Source of the DNA: a virus
Strand: one strand, 5' to 3'
Length of the DNA: 64,000 nt
IMG/VR virus record: IMGVR_UViG_3300009163_003337
Location: 18,395-82,394 of that record
Below are positions 58,652-64,000 of this stretch, in pieces (within the stretch, counting starts at the first letter, position 1; each line of letters starts with the position of its first letter). The translations under genes were made by a program, and so were the position numbers. Under the pieces are notes generated by a model. That model was not told the DNA's origin, did not search any database, and was given only the letters and a program-made list of their open reading frames with translations.

Positions 58652-59758
58652 ATGAAGCAATATACCTACCAATGGGAGATTCATACTCTACTAACCCAAT
58701 TTATTTGTGCATTTGATGATATCGTCATCAAACGATATGATAAAGATAAAAAAGCACTCGAGAGTATAGGTGTTAGATATGTTCTTGCTCCTAAGCAGCG
58801 CGTAATGTATGACATAGTAAATAAAGCGCAGAACTTAACACTACCAGTAGTTGCTATTAACGTTACAAGTATTTCGAGAGATAATACGCGAATATTTAAC
58901 AAACATGATAGTATATATAACTCAGGTGGTGAGAAAAATACTGACATTAAAACACCTACACCTATTAATATAGAGGTTAGTATGTCTATTCTTGCAAGAT
59001 ATATGCAAGATATGGATCAAATTCTATCAAACTTTGTGCCTTATAGTAATCCATATATTATACTAGCATGGAATGAGCCGACCAATATAGATACACAGGT
59101 AAATGAAATACGATCTGAGGTTTTATGGGGAGGAAATATAAGTCTAACTGAACCAACTGATGTAACTTATACAGATAAGTTTAGAATTATAGCTGATACC
59201 TCATTTACAATTAAAGGCTGGCTCTTTAAGAATGTAAATGACATCTCTAAGCGCATTTATTTTATTGATGCAAATCTTGTTAATACTGATAGACGAAATA
59301 TACCATTATTAGAAGATATAGATAGCATATATAATAATCTTACCTCATACAGTAGTACAGTAACTATAAGCTTATCCGCAATTCCTAAAATAGAAAACAT
59401 ATTCTATAATACAGGCGGAAAGCTTCAACATATTATATCTAACTTTACATTAAATAAACAGCTATCTAATACCAATAATTTTGTAATACATGGGCATAAC
59501 TTTAAAGAAACTCTAAATATATTGTTAAGCTCAAGTAGTAATATTACAAATAATGTAGTCAAACTATCCTCTACATATACCGGGGCAGTGTCAGGATATG
59601 CCGTTAGTTCCAATAACTATACCATTCTATCTGATAATATAATATCAGTAAGCTTACCCACACTCACAGGTTCAGGCTCATTTAATTTTATAGTCAGTAA
59701 TGAAGCAGGCTGGACCACATCTTATACAACAAATAGCTTTAAATTTATTAACCCGTGA
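58652..59758 (+). CDS. gp15: tail terminator/sheath stabiliser gp15 with Ig-like C-terminal extension
   Basis: F...FDDI.I.R, PKQR, LP, P.PINI...SI, DMDQI..F.P, FTIKGWLF. Confidence 0.82.
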   Translation: MKQYTYQWEIHTLLTQFICAFDDIVIKRYDKDKKALESIGVRYVLAPKQRVMYDIVNKAQNLTLPVVAINVTSISRDNTRIFNKHDSIYNSGGEKNTDIKTPTPINIEVSMSILARYMQDMDQILSNFVPYSNPYIILAWNEPTNIDTQVNEIRSEVLWGGNISLTEPTDVTYTDKFRIIADTSFTIKGWLFKNVNDISKRIYFIDANLVNTDRRNIPLLEDIDSIYNNLTSYSSTVTISLSAIPKIENIFYNTGGKLQHIISNFTLNKQLSNTNNFVIHGHNFKETLNILLSSSSNITNNVVKLSSTYTGAVSGYAVSSNNYTILSDNIISVSLPTLTGSGSFNFIVSNEAGWTTSYTTNSFKFINP

Positions 59759-59773
59759 ATAAATAGATGTTAG

Positions 59774-61576
59774 ATGCCTGATACTAGTTCAAATCAAAAT
59801 AAAAATTATACAGGAGACGATGGTAGAGCATCTACTTTTGGGCGAAGCTTAGCTGCCTTTATTCAGAATAAGCTTCCATATGCCAATATAATTGATACTA
59901 AGAATAATAACCTTAATCCTAAATATGGAACCTTTGCTGATGCAGGATTAAGAAGAACAGAGGCACTAGCTAAAAATTCTGTCGCTCTCTCAAACGATTT
60001 TAATAATTTACCTCTAGGCTCAATGGGTAAAGATACATCATTTGGTGATGTAATGTATGCCAACATCCAAGAAAACAAAGGTGGTAGAATAAGAGATTAT
60101 AGAGTAATAGCGGCATATTCAGAAGTAGCAGATGCACTAGATGAGCTTTGCGATGAAGCTATTAATACAGATGAAAACGGGGAAGAAGTTACTATTAAGT
60201 TTCGCAATGTAGATCTAAGCGCATCAGATAAAGAGCAGGTTGAAGAAGAGTTTTCTAAATTTATTACTTATTTTGACCTTAAAACAAAAGGCTGGCAATA
60301 TTTCAGGCAGCTACTCGTTGAGGGAGAGGTATTTTTTGAGCTTATTATACATAAAGACTACATTAGTGAAGGTGTCTTAGGTGCAATAAATTTACCCGTA
60401 GAGTTAATAGACCCTGTATATAACAATATACAGAATATGATGGTTAAGGGGTTTATCTATAGAAAGCCTGTCTTTGATATTAAGCATCCTGAAAAGCAAG
60501 ATAAAGTAGAGCATATACCACTTGATCAAAATCAAGTTATATACGTTAATTCAGGAGTAATGAATGAATCTAAAACAATCATATTACCATTTCTCGAAAA
60601 CGCGAGAAGAGCCTATCGTCAGCTATCTTTAATTGAAGATGCTATTGTCATTTATAGACTCGTACGAGCTCCAGAAAGACTTGTATTCAACGTTGATGTA
60701 GGTAATATGCCTGCACCAAAACAAGAGGCCTATATTAAGAAGCTAATTGCTAACTACTGGTCGAGTAAGACATTTGATATTGATCAAACTGATGTAGTTA
60801 AAAAATTCAATCCACAATCTATGCTAGATGCCTTCTGGTTTCCAAAAAGACAAGGTTCAGACGGCTCATCTGTAACTCAACTACCAGGTGGTGCAAATTT
60901 AGGCGAGCTAACCGATCTAATGTATTTCATTAAGAAGTTATATAGATCATTAAAAGTGTCAACCTCAAGACTCGACTCAGCCGATACCTTTAAAGATGGA
61001 TCCGAAATGTTAAGAGAAGAGCTTAAGATGGCTAGGTTCATTATAAGACAGCAACAACGATTTGCAGCGGGTATTAAACGTGGATTTATAACACACCTAC
61101 AACTCAAAGGATTTTGGGATAAGCTTGAATTTACTGATAATAATATAGAGGTTAAGTTTAATGTACCTACAAACTTTTACGAGATGCGGGAAGGTCAGCG
61201 ACTTGAGCAAAAATCCGCTAACTTTACAAATATAGCAACGAACGAGTTTGTGTCAAAAACTTTTGCGCAGAAAAAGTATTTGGGTTGGAAAGATAAGGAT
61301 GTACTTGCAAATAGAGAATTTCTACGTAAGGATGCAGAGCTAACATGGGAGCTTGGACAGATTACAACACTCGGCCCGGCATGGAGAGATCAACTAATTG
61401 CAGCTGATGTAGGTGGTGGGGAAGTATCACCTGAATTACCCGGTGGTCAAGCTGCAGGTATACCACCTGCGTTCGGTGGAGGTCCTGCAGATGCAGGTAT
61501 TACTCCTTCATCAGAACCTGCTAGCGGTACGCCTGAACCGATTAATACTGAAGGACCACCTAATACAGCTACATAA
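59774..61576 (+). CDS. gp20: portal protein gp20
   Basis: EVADALDE, LIEDAIVIYRLVRAPER.VF.VDVGNMP, FWFPKR, LPGG.NLGE. Confidence 0.97.
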   Translation: MPDTSSNQNKNYTGDDGRASTFGRSLAAFIQNKLPYANIIDTKNNNLNPKYGTFADAGLRRTEALAKNSVALSNDFNNLPLGSMGKDTSFGDVMYANIQENKGGRIRDYRVIAAYSEVADALDELCDEAINTDENGEEVTIKFRNVDLSASDKEQVEEEFSKFITYFDLKTKGWQYFRQLLVEGEVFFELIIHKDYISEGVLGAINLPVELIDPVYNNIQNMMVKGFIYRKPVFDIKHPEKQDKVEHIPLDQNQVIYVNSGVMNESKTIILPFLENARRAYRQLSLIEDAIVIYRLVRAPERLVFNVDVGNMPAPKQEAYIKKLIANYWSSKTFDIDQTDVVKKFNPQSMLDAFWFPKRQGSDGSSVTQLPGGANLGELTDLMYFIKKLYRSLKVSTSRLDSADTFKDGSEMLREELKMARFIIRQQQRFAAGIKRGFITHLQLKGFWDKLEFTDNNIEVKFNVPTNFYEMREGQRLEQKSANFTNIATNEFVSKTFAQKKYLGWKDKDVLANREFLRKDAELTWELGQITTLGPAWRDQLIAADVGGGEVSPELPGGQAAGIPPAFGGGPADAGITPSSEPASGTPEPINTEGPPNTAT

Positions 61577-61578
61577 TG

Positions 61579-61586
61579 TATAAATA
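61579..61586 (+). promoter_or_regulatory. late promoter TATAAATA
   Basis: exact motif 5 nt before gp13 ATG. Confidence 0.75.
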
Positions 61587-61591
61587 GTTAT

Positions 61592-62737
61592 ATGTCTTTA
61601 GCTTGTGAAGTTTTACCTGTCTCAGCATTTCAATCTACAAATCTTAGCAATAAGATTGAAACATTTACAAATTTAGGTGATAGAATAAAAAGATCTCTTG
61701 GATACCCGCTAATAACTCTTGAGATACATCAAGATCAACTCTTTCAAAATATTCAAATAGCGTGTGAGTATTTTTCTAAATTCGCAGGATTTACTACAGA
61801 ATATTTAATATTTAGCTCACAGCTATATGAGCATAATAAAGGAATTAGACTAGATCATTTATTTACTCTTACAAAAGCAGGCCTAACAGATGCACAAAAG
61901 ATAGCTAATGCACCGGTATGGTCAGGCTCCGACTTTACAGTGGATACGCCTAGTACAGTATATATTTCTACTTCCACAATACCATCAAGCGGGTTCGTAA
62001 ACTCTGCAAGCTTATCTTCTACCTTTAGCGAAGGTATACAAGAGTTTGAGATAATTGATTCTGCGCTATATACTGCAATTACAACACATAATAGCAGCCT
62101 ATCTAGTTTGTTCAGACAGTCAGTTTCGAAGTCTGTTGCCTTACAATCCACAAAATCAACTGCAAATCAATACTCAAATGTTTTTGATTATGATATAATG
62201 GATTATAGAAAGGTAGTTGAAGTAGTTGAGTTTGAGGAAGGTTCAAATCAAGGTATTAACTCTCTATTTACTCTTGAACAAACTCTTGCGCAGCAGACAT
62301 ACTTTAGCTATGCAATGGGTAACTATGGATTTGATCTAATATCGTGGTATTCGATGAAAGAGTGGATGGATATGAGGGAAAAGGTACTTGCTACAAGGCG
62401 GGATCTGAAATTTGACCCAAGGACACAATATTTACAAATGTATCCACAGCCAGGTACAAGTAAGTTTTATGGTGTAATATCTTGTTATTTAGAACGACCT
62501 TTGCGCGACTTAATAAAGGAGCAATGGGTATATGAATATGCATTAGCTCTAACAATGATTGTTATTGGTAGAGTACGAGGCAAATTCGGTGGAGTATCTT
62601 TACTTGGAGGTGGTACTCTAAATGCAGATATATTATCTGAAGGTACTGCTAAAAAGAAAGAATTAGAGGATCTATTAATAAATGGGGCATCTGCGGGGTA
62701 CGGAGATGCTTACCCTGCCATGTTTTTTGTAGGGTAG
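61592..62737 (+). CDS. gp13: neck protein gp13
   Basis: R.LGYP.I..E...DQ, WVYEYALA, GRVRGKFGGV.L.GG..LN, P.FFVG. Confidence 0.9.
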   Translation: MSLACEVLPVSAFQSTNLSNKIETFTNLGDRIKRSLGYPLITLEIHQDQLFQNIQIACEYFSKFAGFTTEYLIFSSQLYEHNKGIRLDHLFTLTKAGLTDAQKIANAPVWSGSDFTVDTPSTVYISTSTIPSSGFVNSASLSSTFSEGIQEFEIIDSALYTAITTHNSSLSSLFRQSVSKSVALQSTKSTANQYSNVFDYDIMDYRKVVEVVEFEEGSNQGINSLFTLEQTLAQQTYFSYAMGNYGFDLISWYSMKEWMDMREKVLATRRDLKFDPRTQYLQMYPQPGTSKFYGVISCYLERPLRDLIKEQWVYEYALALTMIVIGRVRGKFGGVSLLGGGTLNADILSEGTAKKKELEDLLINGASAGYGDAYPAMFFVG

Positions 62738-62744
62738 GATCTCT

Positions 62745-63179
62745 ATGAACTCAAAGTATAGACAAGGCATATTCAGGCCTATAAATGTAGAGAAATTTAT
62801 AGGTACAAAAGCTATATATAGATCTGGTTTAGAGTTAAAATTTATGAGATTTTGCGATAGCAACATAAACGTTATACGCTGGGGGTCAGAAAATATTATT
62901 GTACCATATATAAGTCCTTTAGACGGAAAGGTTCATAGATACTTTGTTGATAATTATGTTGTAATAAAAGAAGGGTTAAATATAACTAGATATTTAATTG
63001 AAATTAAGCCGTCGAGTCAATTAAAGATACCTGCTACGAAATATAAAAAGAAGGAACACCTTATATATGAGCAATCAATGTACGTGGTAAATCAAGCAAA
63101 GTGGGCAGCGGCTGCCGCTTATGCTTTAAAAAATAACTGTATCTTTAAAATTATAACAGAAAAGGAGCTCAATAACTAA
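62745..63179 (+). CDS. gp4: head completion nuclease gp4
   Basis: YRSGLE..FM..CD, W.SE...PY.SP.D...HRYFVD, IEIKP, NQAKW. Confidence 0.93.
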   Translation: MNSKYRQGIFRPINVEKFIGTKAIYRSGLELKFMRFCDSNINVIRWGSENIIVPYISPLDGKVHRYFVDNYVVIKEGLNITRYLIEIKPSSQLKIPATKYKKKEHLIYEQSMYVVNQAKWAAAAAYALKNNCIFKIITEKELNN

Positions 63180-63197
63180 GGTTTTAATAGCAATAGA

Positions 63198-63205
63198 TAT
63201 AAATA
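63198..63205 (+). promoter_or_regulatory. late promoter TATAAATA
   Basis: exact motif 5 nt before gp21 ATG. Confidence 0.75.
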
Positions 63206-63210
63206 CATAT

Positions 63211-63876
63211 ATGGCATTAAAGCTTAACCTATTAGTAGAGAGACCGGCATTAGGAGATCAGTTTGAATATGTTGTAGAGGAGTCAAATAGAAATGCACCT
63301 TCAACTTTATTTATAAAGGGTCCATACATGATGGCAGAAGATGTTAATAAGAATAAGCGATTATATCCTATTGATGAACTACGAAAGGAAGTGAGTCGGT
63401 ATAATGAAGAGATGATTATACCGGGTAGAGCAATGGGTGAGCTTAATCACCCTACTACAGCTGATGTCGACCTCGAGCGCGCTTGTCATATAGTTACTGA
63501 GTTGTATGAAGATAATAATATCTTTTACGGTAAGTCTAAAGTACTCTCTACACCTTGCGGGTTAATCGTAAGATCACTTGTTAATGATGGTGTTAAGGTA
63601 GGCATGTCGTCAAGAGCTCTAGGTACTCTAGAGGAGGGATCATCGCATAATATTGTAAGAAACCTTAAGCTGGTTGCTGTTGATTGTGTAGCAGACCCAT
63701 CTTTTCCTAAGGCATTTGTTAATGGTATACTTGAATCCAAACAGTGGGTTGTTGCTACTAATGGTAAATACGAAGAGGTTTATGAACATTTTGAAAGATC
63801 AATTTCCAAACTCCCAAAAAGAAATGTGGAGATTTTCTTGAGAGAACAAATCCTAAAATTTATACAATCTATATAA
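63211..63876 (+). CDS. gp21: prohead protease gp21
   Basis: NKNKRLYP, GELNHP, GMSSRALG, D.VADPS. Confidence 0.96.
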   Translation: MALKLNLLVERPALGDQFEYVVEESNRNAPSTLFIKGPYMMAEDVNKNKRLYPIDELRKEVSRYNEEMIIPGRAMGELNHPTTADVDLERACHIVTELYEDNNIFYGKSKVLSTPCGLIVRSLVNDGVKVGMSSRALGTLEEGSSHNIVRNLKLVAVDCVADPSFPKAFVNGILESKQWVVATNGKYEEVYEHFERSISKLPKRNVEIFLREQILKFIQSI

Positions 63877-63884
63877 ATAATAAT

Positions 63885-64000
63885 ATGGCAGCAAAACGAG
63901 CTAAAAAAGATTACGATAAAGATGGTAAGGTAGAATCATCTAGTGACGAATACATGGGTGCAAAACGCAGAGCAATTAAAAAAGCTAGAGGTATGAAAAA
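63885..64000 (+). CDS. partial late protein (MAAKRAKKDYDKDGKVES...)
   Basis: TATAAATA 63872-63879; runs off window end; DxDxDG motif. Confidence 0.6.
   Translation, partial: MAAKRAKKDYDKDGKVESSSDEYMGAKRRAIKKARGMK

Noticed and set aside
1560-63740. Many short antisense/overlapping ORFs in the track (e.g. 1560-1796, 7134-7448, 16219-16542, 61855-62151)
   Set aside because: Shadows of well-supported genes with no motifs or promoters
1-64000. tRNA genes, CRISPR arrays, group I introns, integrase
   Set aside because: None recognisable by eye; intergenic gaps are short. tRNAscan/Infernal would be needed to exclude them fully

Overview
AT-rich segment of a large T4-superfamily (Tevenvirinae-like core genes, non-T4 synteny) phage genome, standard genetic code. 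It holds a minus-strand replication/recombination module (gp61, RNase H, gp45, gp32, gp41, UvsX, gp43, gp46/47, gp55, UvsW, UvsY), a dispersed 7-deazaguanine pathway with atypical enzymes (FolE, QueD, QueE, Cys-poor QueC, stand-alone class II glutamine amidotransferase; no DpdA/TGT in the window), a ~14 kb glycosyltransferase/sugar-nucleotide island, three free-standing endonucleases, and the start of the head/neck module (gp15, gp20, gp13, gp4, gp21). Most striking: about a dozen plus-strand genes under TATAAATA-type late promoters share T4 internal-protein-like N-terminal tags (e.g. MINFK...E three times), several on enzymes (Pol-beta-type nucleotidyltransferase, HxGH nucleotidyltransferase, PD-(D/E)xK nuclease, retropepsin protease). 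This suggests a capsid-packaged, injected enzyme payload, and an apparent deletion scar of one such gene is present. Also seen: a tandem covarying structured RNA element after an Sm-like gene, widespread near-leaderless promoters, and three or four single-base lesions that are probably sequence errors. All family calls come from motif recognition, with no database search.
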